64,000 nucleotides of DNA from Auanema rhodensis (taxonomy: Eukaryota; Animalia; Nematoda), in the NCBI GenBank assembly GCA_964057225.1, contig OZ059898.1:11780001-11844000 (forward strand), given 5' to 3'. The notes beneath the pieces are model-generated. The model made no database searches. It was given only the letters and a program-made list of their open reading frames with translations, and was not told the DNA's origin. Below, piece by piece: positions 51,175-64,000 of this stretch (position 1 is its first letter; the number at the start of each line of letters is the position of its first letter). The position numbers were made by a program, and so were the translations under genes.

Positions 51175-53043
51175 TTATTTAGAAAGTTTATTGAATCCTT
51201 GGTTTAAGCCTTCTTGTTGGATTTTAATTATACTCATTTCTCGTCTCACCTGGTAAAATCCAAAATAAATAAAATAAACACAAAAAATTGTTTACGGTAG
51301 CTATCCAATCACGCTTACAGTACAGCTTGTCATCCATGATAATGTTTACCACAGATGTTTTGTACTCTTCCAGAAATTCAGAATATTCCTGTTAGAAATA
51401 AATAAATTAAACTAAAAATTAATGAGTTGATACGTGTAATCGTATTTCCAATAATCTTCGTTGACTCAGATCGTCAGTGAAAAAAAGAGCAGGAAAGGCA
51501 TAAGCCAAGAAGGAAATACTATGCAAAAGTAAGTTAAACGCATTTCTAGGTAAATCTCTCTGAAAATGAAATCAGCTATCATTACTGGTAATCATATGAG
51601 ATAATTCACTTCAATGGACGAGAATCCAACAAAAGACTTATCCAACATTGTTTCTATATTCTTTAGATTATCTTTGAAATTCTGAAAAATATGTTTATGA
51701 GCCAGTTTTCTGGAATTAAATATTAGTACATCACTGAGGTTGTCTCTCATTGCTTTAAATTCATGATGTAAACCACGATACCAGAGATGTTTATCTGATG
51801 TCTCTGTTAACTTTTTAAGTAATGGGGCAAGCATTTGAATGTTTCTTTTCCTATAAAAGCATAATAATAGTCGAAACTTTCCAAATGTACATACTCTTCA
51901 CAATATGCATGTTGGTACGTATTATTTTCAAATGGTACCAAACATTTATAGCAAAAATGTGTGTGGCATTTGGTACAGTTAATATGATTGCAGCCACTTA
52001 TTTTTTCAACAGCTATCTAATAAAAACAAAGCTTAATAAGAGTAAGTTCGAACTAACATTGCATCTTGGACAAAATTTACCAAAATCGGATAAAAATTCC
52101 AATGACTTAGTTTCATCTGCCACATTCTTTTCGTTTGAAAAACCAACATCCAATAACTAATATTAAGGATATGAGTTAAATAAAATAAAATAAAAATGTA
52201 CTTTGATACTATCGCAAGGTAGAGGCTCATGAGGTTTTAAAGAACATTTCATACAAAAGCTTAAAGAACAGTGACACGTTACAGTGCTCATATTTCCAAC
52301 CTTAAATTCAAATAAATAAAAGTTTAAAATAAAGTTTTTTACCGCAATGAATGATCCGCACTTTTGATCTTGGCATCTTACAAATTGGGGATTTTTCTGC
52401 TTTTTAGCATATTCAGATATTATAAGCTGCATATATTCATGATAGCTATTGGGAAAATTGTTTTTCATCTACCATCAAGAACTATATACATGTATAATGG
52501 TATTAGAACTTACTTGTGCATCATTAATTATGAGGTTACAATTTTCACCATTCATACATTTAATTTCAGAAATGGAATTCGACAGATTACAAGAAATGTG
52601 TCGCATCCAGCACAACGAACAAAAAAAATGTTCACAACCTAACCCTAACAGGTTATCCTCATCGCAACATACAACACATTCTACAAGAGGAATTATATAT
52701 TTTTTCAATTACGCTTACCATTCTTGCCGCCATTTTCAAAAAAGTCCACATAATTTATATTACTTGTTAGCTGGAGATAGTCATCAGCGTAATCGCACGC
52801 TATGGTAACGGGTTTCTTTCCCATTTTTCGCACAATGTAGCGAGCTGCATATAATGGTACACCAATGTAATCTGATAACGTTTGAGCATCAGATTCTAGA
52901 CATGCTTCCATTTCATGTTGTTTAAGTACCTGAATAAATTCGCATTAGGACTAACCAATTGCAATTTAAACCGTTTTATGGTTATAACAGACATCACCAG
53001 AATTCTCGCACAAATCGTCGTCAAAATCAGAATCAGAATTCAT
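51175..53043 (-). CDS. Divergent Ariadne-like RBR (RING1-IBR-RING2) E3 ubiquitin ligase
   Basis: Acidic N-terminus MNSDSDFDDD. RING1 CVVC..GCEHFFCSLCW..CMNGENC. IBR RCQDQKC..CHCSLSFCMKC..PHEPLPC. RING2 CPRC..VEKISGCNHINCTKCHTHFCYKC. TAA at 51175-51177. Confidence 0.88.
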
Positions 53044-54024
53044 GCTAGAATTTAAACTAGTACGCTGGAAACACGTTTAAAGTAAATATTAAATAAGTTA
53101 TTATTAAATCAATAGTGCCACTTAATGAATTCCACAAAGGATTAAAATAATTACGAAATTTATATAACTCAGCTTTTTTTATCGATCATTCTTGCTATAT
53201 TGCCAATGGACAACAGAGAAAAATGACTCATTCATTTCTTCTTATCAAATTGCAATTAATTGTCCGTATAACAAATTTCGTACATTCATATTTATTTAAA
53301 TATATATTTCTTTCCGCTTCATTATATCCATTTTTCTTACTTTTGGCCAAGCGCCTTCTGAAATCATTTGTAAACCGGTTGTGCTTTCGGCTTATTTAAG
53401 ACCCTATATGCCTGTTACATGGTGTCTCCTGTTTGAAAAACTCAGTTTCTGTACATGTTTGGTTGACATTTAAATGTGATTATGAACCTTAATTGTATGG
53501 GATGTATTGACTGATATTTTTTTAAACTCAGATTGAAATAAGTTTCACAATAAAGTTTTATATAGAGAAATTTTTATTGAAATGAATAGCTTCACACATG
53601 TTAAAATGATACAATTTTCTTCGGTTAACTGTAATGGTCAAAGGTCAAAATTTGAACTTATATAAGTCTCATACAACTTTTTTTTACAATATATTTAAAA
53701 ATTTCATTTTATTTAAAACCGTTTAATTATATAACCAAAGTCATATTTTGTATTAAACAAAAACTAAAGGCTTTAACTATAGAGCACATTTATAATTTTT
53801 AAACAAAGACGCCAGGACGCACTATGCATGCGCCAAGCTTGGCGATCTGTTTAAAAGGAAATATTTAAAATTAGTTTATATATAACTATTAATACAATTT
53901 ATTACAATTATTGCTTTTAAAATTTAAAAGAATTATTTTTACAAACTATTTCATTGTACAAATATAATTGTATTTGTAATGTTCAGTAGTAAAACTCAAA
54001 TTTCAGGTCTAAACTACCAATAAA

Positions 54025-55558
54025 ATGGGTGAAGCTTCGGTAATTCAACTTAGTCGGCCTGAAGTATGAGTTTATATGAGATTCCAGTAGTATAGATATT
54101 TTGTTAACTTACAGGTTTATGTGAATAGTCTCTCTTTTGGTGGGAATGATTCTGTTGCTGCAGCTCTGAGTACGAACTTTATTCACTTGGTTGATTTGAA
54201 CGCCAAGAAATCAAAACAAACCCTTGATGTTGCTAAAAATGTGGTTGGCATACATTTTGATTCATCTAGTGGCTCAGGTAAAAAAAGGTCTACTACAGTT
54301 CAAAAAGTGTTATTTTTAGTTTTAAGAGCTGTCGATGATAGTTTTGGAATCCATCTATTTGATATTCGATCAGGCTCCAAGAAGAAATCCAGGTATATTG
54401 TTTAATGATAGTATATTGTAGAAAACTTGTATTTATGTTATCTTGTTCAACACAATCATAATTGTTTCAGATTGAACACAGTTGTCGAAAATCATTTAGT
54501 AACTTGCTCTGCTACTTCTGATAATTATATCGCGTTAGCCAGTTCCACATTTTTAACCACTGAACCTAAGAAGAAGAATAAGAAGAAGAAGAACGAGGAT
54601 TCGTCTTCCGATGACGACGATGAGGTAGTTTATAAGTTTGCTTATTATTGATAATGCTTTGCCAGGATGAGATCGATACATCTGAAATCCCCCATGTCGT
54701 AACTATTTTCGATATAAGAGGATCAACTGAGCCATTAATAACTCTCAAGGCATGTTGAATTTATTGAATTTTAAAATAAATTATGTTCAGGAGTCGCATA
54801 GCGATGCCATTAATTGCTTATCTTTTATGCGAGATGGAAGACATTTAATAACAGGAGGTGCCGATGGTCTCATCAATGTATTTGACGTATCATTGTCCAA
54901 AGAAGATGACGCTTTAAAGAGCACTAATCAAGTTTGTCGATCAGAATATCTTTTACCTTTTTAAAATTATGTTTTAAGGCTGAATCATCCGTGGCCAAAG
55001 TAGCTTCTCTGTCTAAACGACTATTCTATGGATGTACCGACGATAATAAATGCGTAGTATATTCTCCAAACAGCCCAGATGATGTGGATATTCTCTTCAA
55101 GTCTGTTGAATTTTTATTTGTCTGTATTTCTATTTCATGAATGTTTTAGGAGAAGTGCTCGTCCTGATCATTTCTTAGTTGATCTATTCAAAGGAGGAGA
55201 AGAGGAACGTCCCATTGCAATGTTGGAGTGTGAGCAAGAAGGAAAGGTCTGATTTATTCAGTTAATATATTAAAATTGGTTTTTTTTGTCTAGTTATTCT
55301 TATCTACCGTTTCTGCTGATGGTAAGAGTTCCGAAATTGTAGATGAGTGGACGGGACACACAGATATTGTTCGCAGTACTGCTTACCACTCTGGTTTGCT
55401 TATAACTGGAGGTGAAGATGGTAAAATTGTTGCGAAGCAACTTGATCTCAGGTAAGTTAAAACCATATCTCACTAATTCTAAAAAACATTGTTCTAGATC
55501 TGGAGCAGGAGGTAAAAGCAAAAAAGAGAAAAAGAAGAGCAAACACAGAGACTTCTAA
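54025..55558 (+). CDS. WD40-repeat protein, WDR89-like
   Basis: ESHSDAINCLSF..LITGGADGLINVFDV..EDDAL and TDIVRS..LITGGEDGKI resemble WDR89 motifs. TTTCAG at 54001-54006 before the ATG; basic C-terminus; TAA at 55556-55558. Confidence 0.8.
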
Positions 55559-57440
55559 GTGGTGTCTGAACACTTTGCTTTGCTATTTTTTCTTTTTTTA
55601 GTTATTTATTCACATCATTCTTAACCATTTTGGCTGTTATAATATTGTGCACTTCTTATTGTTTTTCATTTTCTCATTTTACGTTCAGTATGATTTGATT
55701 TAATTTGATAACTAGTACGGTTTTGGCTAACCCATTCTCGCCTGTTCTTCAGGTATCTGATATATGAAGCTGTTGATCTGTGTTATCAAATATGTTGTTG
55801 TGAAAAATGTAAGGTTATTATCGAGGAACGTTTTTTTTTTTTTTGAAAATCAACAAAAGTTTTGTTCCCCAGAAAGCATCTAATGATCAGGAAGGAGACA
55901 TATCTAAAAACTGAAACGTTTTAGTGAAAAACTAGTTAGATCAACTATTTTTTCTGCCATGATACGTCTGATAACGAACCCTGCGCAGAATTCCTTAACA
56001 AATATTGTTATTTTGTTGGACGAATTTTACATCTTAACACCCGTGACGGTCCACAATTTAGTGTTGGGACTGTCATGATGAACATATAGTACTGGAATTA
56101 ATGTTCAAGAAACCAAGAAATCTAAAGTAGTTATATATAATTTAGGGCACAGTGAATTCAACCGAGATGTAATATGCTTTTTTACAAAAATAAGATCTAA
56201 ATTCACGTGAAAGATACGTGAGTCAGAGAAATGAAAGTGATAGTCTTATTGAACCTTATATCTGCCATATATCTGAATAAGATATTTTCTCTTTTTCTCT
56301 TGGTTTGGACTTTTTTTTAAAGTTTTGTTTTATAATTGTTCTATCAGGCTGGTATATGCTTAGTGTGTTGCCTGCTACAAAGCGTTTCAGTGGAAATATA
56401 AAGAATATAAGTAAAGTTTAAGGTTTATATTGAATTAGAAGATCGTTGCATAAAAAACAATGACGGGATTGAGAAACACAAATTACAGATCTACGAGGAA
56501 AAAAAAGTAACAACAATAATTAGGGTCTATAAATGAAACAATATAGAACACAGATGTGATATAACACAGAAACAGTTGCCGAATATAATAAAATAAGGGA
56601 ATTTAGAGTTTTTTTGGTCCTGTACACTAATGGAATGTTTGCGAAGTCTTTTGATGCATAAAATATGAATATAATAATAATTAGAATTAAAATAATAATA
56701 ATAAAGTTTGTACACTACTGGCAAGATGTGTAGCTGCTGAGTGGCATAAGTATGCCGCAAAATGGTGGGAGGAAGAACTCAACATAATTGAAAATATAAA
56801 ATGTCTATATAAGTAAGTTCTTTAACAAGTAATAATGTGAGGAGAAAATGTATATTAGATCAGATAGGCAAAAAATGTGCCTAGAAATAGGTAAGATCCG
56901 TGATAGAGGCAAGCTATATATTGGAGAGGGGGGGCAAAGTTTCAAAACCCGGATAGATATATTAGGAAGAGGCAAATGTGAGAACAGAGTAGAATACATA
57001 GTCAAATGATCAACGTTTCTTGATGTATCTGATCATTATAAGATTACGTGTGAATAAAAAAATGAATAAAGGCTTTTCGGGGTCCCGTAACAACAAAGGC
57101 ATTAGAGATCAGCGCTTTTGGGCAAAGGGGCGCCAAATCAATTCCTAGAAATGACTACTACGAACGAGATAACAGCTTGAATGTGTGGATAAACGAATGC
57201 TCTGGGCTTTTTGTGTATTTTTCTCATTGTGTTTGATCAATGAGAAGGTGTCATAACCGAATATAAGTAAAAGCTTTGAAGACATAGGGGTATGAATATA
57301 TATGGGTATTGTGGCTGGAATCTAGTAGATAGGCACGGCCATAAGAAAGGAATCATGAAAGAGCTTTCATAGTTCATCAGAGGTGATTTGTAAAATGAAA
57401 GAAGTACTATTGAAGTCTTATAATGATTTTAAAAATGAGT

Positions 57441-60400
57441 TCAATGATCATATGTTGGCAGAAGTTGAATCTGCTCTCGTCCTGAGGTGAGCATCTCACT
57501 TAGTAAAGAAGCTCTATCTCCGTTTGTAATTTCATTCTTGTTTTCCAATAAGAATTGAACGCAGGTATGAGCGAATTGACTGAAAAGAAAGAAAATTAAT
57601 TTAATACTAAGGTTTATAATTAAATTTTAATTTGTGAAGTTGGGTTTAATATCCTCATCTCATCATTACATTATGCTGTCAACCTGTATGACAGCATTGT
57701 CATTAGGTTGGAATAATAGGTTTTTCAAATGAAAAGAATGAAAGCAAAAACATGTCTCATGCTCGTCAGAACGATCAACGATTTTGCTCATCTTCCTTTC
57801 AAATATTTGCCATTTGCTGTGATTTGACTGTCAGAATGGAAGAAAAAATCATTCATTGTAATTACGATACTCTCTTCTTTTTTGCAAAAGATTTTTCATC
57901 GAATGCCTTTAAAAGGATAATTATCTCGGCAACTGTGTAGTAGCTCACAGCACGCTCAAGGCCATCCTCGTATATTCCTTTCTTTTTCCTCGTATGCAAT
58001 TTCGTTTTTTTTGTTTATTGTTATTAGAAAAAATGGAAAAAAAATTAGGAAGATCATAAGGGTTAATGACTTCAATTTTCATAAGAATCTGGAGAGATTA
58101 AACAAACGGCTTATATGCTATTTAAGCTCACAAAGTTGATGGAATTCTTTTCACACGTTTTTTTGTGTATGTTTCCCTATTATTCGGCGCTCTTCTTAGC
58201 AAATAAATAAGAGACAACGATTTTTTACGGGAAAAGGAAACGAAAGAAAATTGGCTAGAAGAGAAAAAAACTGAGATAGTACAAGATGAAAGGAGGAGAA
58301 GAGAAAGAGGGAAAGTAAAAAGACATGATGTGGCAGCAGAAAATTGACAATTTCTCTTGCCGGTGGCCTTGAATTGCGCGGCTCCTTGTATACTGTTGTG
58401 ACCAGTTGCAGCATGATCGCACTGTCACTAGATGATCGACCTCCTATTATGGTTTTCCTTGTTGCTGATACAAGTCAGCAACTTCAGCATGGTGCCAACG
58501 TTTTTGTGTTGACATCGGTTACAAGATGACGTTATGTCAGTTTTAGCTTTACTGGGACATTTGAACCAATAGCAGTACATTCTGTATCGGCAGTCCCCTG
58601 TTCAGTGATTTCTTGAACTTTCACTAAGTTGACCTGAGATGAGCACTTCAGATGTGCCTTGTTACTCAAGCCAGTGACCATGACCGCCAACTGTGCTTGA
58701 GCAATTTATATGCAGATCTTGGGTTGACGATACAGATTCATGACTTGTCAATTAGACCAATCATCTATTGTTCACAGATCCATATAAGGAGCTGTTGAAC
58801 TCTAATCTATGGTGGTTGTATATATGGCTTGTCTTAGATTCGCATAACAAAAAAATACAAAAGTGAGCCATGACATGCTAGTGACAACAGGTCTTAAAAG
58901 CTTTCTCTCTCTTCTCTCCTTCTTGTTCTCTTTGTCTATGTAAATTTCTTTTCTTCTTTACAGTCGTCTGAGAGAATAGTTGGAGAAAGAATAGAGAAGA
59001 ATACGGTAATGGCATTCTCTAATTAGGTCTTTATCCATTTGATTGAATATTAATTGCCAGGCAAGAAAACTAGTCAAGCGAAATGAGCTAAATCTCAAGT
59101 TGAGTCTAACGTTTTCTCAACTTAACCCTTCACGTCAAATCTTAGTCAATCTCGTTTAGCCGACGTCATCCTACAAGGTCAGGTGAAAGTTTGTATGAGT
59201 GAATGAACGGCAAAACGAATGATGAGGATTGATCAGCAGTGTTCATCTGGGTTAGCAGTTTCACGTGACAGTATGTAGCACATGTATGTATATCAGATGA
59301 TGAGGATAAGTGAATGTTCAACCGTTTCCATTTCATGAATTAAAAGTTAGAACTTACTTGATTTGATATAGAATTTCGTACAGAGGCCGGGTATTCAAGG
59401 GACCTCCACGGTAAATCTCCCATGCCTGCATGAGAGCATGTCGACAACTGGCAACATTAGATTCGAGACTGAGATCTTCTAAAACAAAAATAGGATGAAT
59501 AAATGATATGTAACTTAGTAAAACTTACGTTGTTCTTGGAGTAAAGCCAAGAAACGAAGAGCTGCATAGTCATAACGACCAACTTCAAGCCTTCGCATGA
59601 GGGTGACGATTTCGTTCCACTTCTCTAAGTGAACATTACAGCCAAGAAGGGCGATAAGGCCAACGGGAATTCTGAAAATCAGTTTTTTTAGAATTTGTCA
59701 TCAAAAATATTTTTTATTATTTAATTAGTTTTAATAATCTTCTGAATATATCTAAAGTTAAGGGGTAATCCGGTCATGAAGTGTGCCGACGGGTTGTAAA
59801 TGGCCTCACTTTTCCCAGGTCCCTGGCGGTATATTACCCTTCTAATCCAACTTGATACTGCTGATGCAGGAGCTATCAATATAGAAAATCTCCCTAATAA
59901 ACCGTTTTCATCAAAATATGCCGCCTTTTCGTGGTGGGAGCCAATTAGAGCTATATCTCAAACTGATCATAATCGGATCTACGCGTTACGCAATCAACTA
60001 TCTCTATGTTTTACTGCCAAGTTACTGCAAAAGAAATCTCTCTGGCGGAAAGATGTGGAAACAAAAGTAAAATGTTTGAGATATTATACACGATAGAATA
60101 ATATTAAAGTTGAAACTTACGTTCGTCCTACGCTGATTTCGATGTAATCACTTCTGAGCGAGAAAGTAGCTACTGCATAGGTGAAGTCAATGATGTGAAT
60201 AGCAGCCCATGAATTACGAAGCATACATGTTTTCTGCTCAATCTGAAATGAGAATAAGTAATTTGAATCTATAAATGAGTTTCTCATATTTCTCTATAAC
60301 CATATTACTAATAGAAATTGTATGAATATGTATATTGTATTGTGAAAATAATGGTTTTTTACTCTCTCTCTCTCAATCTCTATTGAGAGATAGAAGAAGA

Positions 60401-62345
60401 AAAGAGCTATTGCAAGAGTTTCAAGTAATTGAGGTTACGGTAGTTGTCATCTTCTTCATTTTTGAGTCCTACTTCTGAATAGTAAGTATGCCCATGATGC
60501 GCATACATACACACATGTTTTAGGACAATTTGGCACTTGATTATCCATCCCTCAATTATATTTAGCTGTTCTATTTAGCCGACAGCATACTCTTATTGGT
60601 ATTGTTTTAGAATTAAGTTGGTAATATCAGAAACAATAAACGGAACTATATATGAAGATACAACTGTATACAGATGAGTTCATGACCGACCAATTACGGG
60701 CGCTCAAGTGCGGAGCCCTTTGAGTCGAAAGGAAATGTACAATACATACATGTCTTCCATTTCTTATACGATACGGTTCTTTAGATGTTAGAATTACGGA
60801 AATAGGTGTTGTATATAGTTGATACAGCTAGTTAGGTAATGTGACAAACGGTGACTTCCTCTCTTACTTGCATGTACTTGAGACCGGAAGACCGACCGTT
60901 TAGAGACACAATACAAACGTTTATGGACTTTTTGGAAGTTAAAATAAAGCCGAAAAGGACAGAGTTATGTAACTTACAAGTAGTTGTCCGAAGAAAGGAG
61001 CCGTCTTAGCCCAGCTAACAATTTGATTCAAATTGTCTTCAACAGTTGAAAGAACAAACTCGAATGGTTCCATATGTTTGGTTAATGGTCGGCTCAACAT
61101 GTTGTATATCCTGAAAATCAAAAGAATAAGTATTGAGAAAAAAAAGGAATGAAAACGAAAAACAAACAAACTAACCGATTATCAGGTGGAAGGGCTGTAA
61201 CAATCATATTCATAAGGCTGGAATCCTTTGGCGTACTGTAGAGCACAGAATCGAATGTCTTTTCAGTGGGTACCGGACAAATAGGTAACACAGGGCTAGA
61301 ACGGTTTGATCCAGCTGAACCGGAGCTTGTGGAGCTGAGTGGTGCCATTGTTGTAGCAATTGTCATTGGTACATTAGCATATGATGCTGGTGGGTGAAAG
61401 GCTGAATAATCAGCAACATGCTGTTGGGTTGTAAGTTGGAAAGGCTGTAATGAAATGATGATTGAAATTTTATGTTTTACATCAAATTTTGCTACCTGAA
61501 GGTATGGCTCAGTGTATTCAAATGGTTCATTCTTCACAGTTGGATACACAGGGAAAGTTGGTGTTCTTAACAACTGGTCGTCAATGGAAGACCCAAGTAA
61601 AGCGGCTAAGCTGTCACTGTCACTAGGCATGTATGCGCTTGGACGAATGATGAAATCTGTAAACGTTCACATTTATACAAAACATATTTTGGATGCATTT
61701 CATGATTTCAAATTTTGTATTTTGCTCGGCCCTCTTGCTTTAGCAGTATTTCACATCTATGCCATTCTTTGCAACTTGAGCGACAATTAGTCTGATCAGG
61801 TTAAGAACACGATGACACGACATGCAAAAGGGCAACTGAGGCAACTTTCATGCCTCAGCTAGTAGTAAAATTGGAAGAAATAGGTAAATAATAGTCAGAA
61901 AGTTCATGAAAAATGAACTTAGATTCGTGAAATTGATGAAATACAGTGGGAATGTATGGAATTTATAAAAACATACTTTGGTGATTTGGGGTACTACTAG
62001 ACAGTGTTGGACTCTGTAATAAGGCATCATAATCAGTCTTCTTGTGTGATTGAGTATCAAAATATTGGATATGAGCTGGTTGATCCGGAGTACTGAAATC
62101 AGAGCTAAGTTTATAAGCAGGGGTAAGATGATGCAAAACAAAAAATACAATTACATACCTGCTGGTCACCTGATGATCCATGGATGGAACATAGAATACA
62201 TTCTGATGAGGAGCTGTTGGCTGAGGTACAGCTCCGTTACGAGCAGCTAGATTTGTACGCTGAGCTTGAGCTCTCTGGGCACGATCTCTCTTATAGTATG
62301 ATCCAAACTTGTTGCGGCCTCCGCGCATACGATCCTCACGAACAG
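57441..62345 (-). CDS. nhr-25: NR5A/FTZ-F1 nuclear receptor, partial (zinc-finger exons not found, presumably beyond the window end)
   Basis: FTZ-F1 box AVREDRMRGGRNKFGSYYKRDRA. LBD NLNQIVSWAK..PFF, MLRNSWAAIHIID, YAALRFLALL, AF-2 LLSEML. Exons 62345-62159, 62092-61977, 61656-61496, 61444-61176, 61110-60978, 60242-60121, 59671-59529, 59478-59358, 57579-57441. Confidence 0.95.
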
Positions 62346-64000
62346 CTGAATAAGTAAGTATTATGAACCCCGTCAAATTGCTTTTTTTCTAATTTTATTT
62401 TTTCGTTTATATCTTGATATATCAAATGGATGGATGTCTATTTTTGGCAGAACATCATCATCATCGCCTTTGCTATGATGTGTAATGAGTTGTGAATTGG
62501 GGGGGGGGGACTATATCAGTTTGATAACCATGCTCTCTTTGTCTTTACAACTTGAAGACGTGCCTAAAAGATGCTGCAGCAAGATGTCGTACCAGCTGGT
62601 GCCAGTTTGCCATCACCTTAGTAGGTCTGAAGTGTGGACGACAAAAACTAGCCAAGTTAGCGCAAGAGTTATCGACAACGAAGACCATCATCAGCGACAA
62701 TCGTCGTTATCGACAACGGCAATATCACTTCATATCGAAAAGATTGAGAAAATGAGAGTGAAAAATAAAGAGAGAGCGAAATAGAGAGAGAGGGAGAGAA
62801 ACAGAGCCATGATCTTTCTTCGATGTCATTTCCTTCCTTCTTTTTCCCTTTTTATCGAATAGTCAGTGGTGAAGAAAAAATCGAGCGAAAGAAGTCTTAG
62901 ACGATATATGCGATTACGGTAACCGATGACTGTTTGCTGGTCCTCCAATTCGTTTCAGTTCAATGGAATCACCACTACTTGGTACTGTATTTAGTATGAA
63001 GTGTGTGTCTTCTCTGATGCACAATATGGACTTCTTGAATTTGATCATTCGTATATGGACGATACACCCGCGCTCATTCAGCTCCTTTAATTCTTTTGAT
63101 GATGATGATCTTCGAGACGGTGTGAGTTGAGAAGTTCCGAAATTGGTCAATGGACGTACCGATCTCTCCAAAAAAATTATGTTTTCATCTTTCATCAACT
63201 TCCGCTCTTAGTTGTTCTTTACTCGAAAGACCACTCAATACACGAAAAAATAAATGATTGAAAAGAAAGAAAGACGGTGAACACACACCGAATTGGCTGT
63301 CAGATAATTGAGCCGGCTCTTATGCTAAAGAGAGTACATTGAGGTAAAACATTGGTTCCAATAGTGTGAACATGCTTATTATATCGTATGGTGGTATCTT
63401 TCAACCAGCCGACTCTTCTTCTCCTATTTCGTTGCCGAAGTGGCATGAACTCAGTTTTTTTGAATGGAGCGCTGATGGAATTCTATCTCTCATCATCTTT
63501 GCTATTCTTTTGTAGCAGAGCAAGTAGCGTGGTCGGAGCATCTAAATGCTATTGTTTCTACTCACACCCCTCATTATCTGTGCGGGACGAACGGTGTCAA
63601 GAGCTACAATCCCTTACTGAGTAAGGCAGGGCAAAAGAGCCAGCCGACTCATCATGCTACGACTTATCCGATATGAGCTGCTCTGCTGGCTTAGGTCAAC
63701 TACCAGATACCGACAGAGAATAGGATGAAGATGATGAGAGTAGGAGTCCGGATGAATTTTATCCATCCCTTCGATAAAATTGGACAAAGGAATCGGATTG
63801 CCTGAGCTCAATACAGATTTCCCTTTCTTACATTGCTTCGCAGAAGACCGTAATTATAGTCATGATGATGAAATGAGGTGTCTCTAAGCTCCCATCTTCG
63901 CACTCTCTCTTATACACAGAATGAGTTTTTTTTCCTCCAATACAAAAATGGCCTTCAACTAAACCAGCCATTGAATAAAAAAACTGCTGCCAGCTCTTCT

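Noticed and set aside
53829-53842. Palindrome CGCCAAGCTTGGCG resembling the pUC polylinker
   Set aside because: Flanks do not continue as vector; chance or a promoter element
56719-56760. Possible miR-31-family gene (TGGCAAGATGTG...) on the plus strand
   Set aside because: The fold-back is only about 40 nt and poorly paired; better explained as a target site on the opposite strand

Overview
AT-rich, intron-dense nematode genomic DNA (40-60 nt introns, TTTCAG acceptors; probably a clade V rhabditid). Host genes: slo-2 K+ channel (+, several candidate first exons, a 12-nt microexon, an intronic tRNA-Ser), mbl-1 muscleblind (-), an unassigned coiled-coil gene (-), che-2/IFT80 (+, X-box promoter), a divergent Ariadne-like RBR E3 ligase (-), a WDR89-like gene (+), and the 3' part of nhr-25/FTZ-F1 (-). 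The four named genes are X-linked in C. elegans. The first 8.2 kb is accessory. It holds a 2,258-bp non-autonomous Maverick/Polinton derivative (624-2881) with 48-bp AGTAG-terminated TIRs and a perfect 6-bp TSD (CTTTCT). The element contains an intact adenain-type protease, a frameshifted pPolB C-terminus and a six-exon spliced orphan gene whose stop codon lies inside the right TIR. Downstream are an 11-copy tRNA-Gly(TCC) array and a second, decayed Maverick protease. All gene models were built by hand, and homology calls rest on recalled motifs, not database searches.
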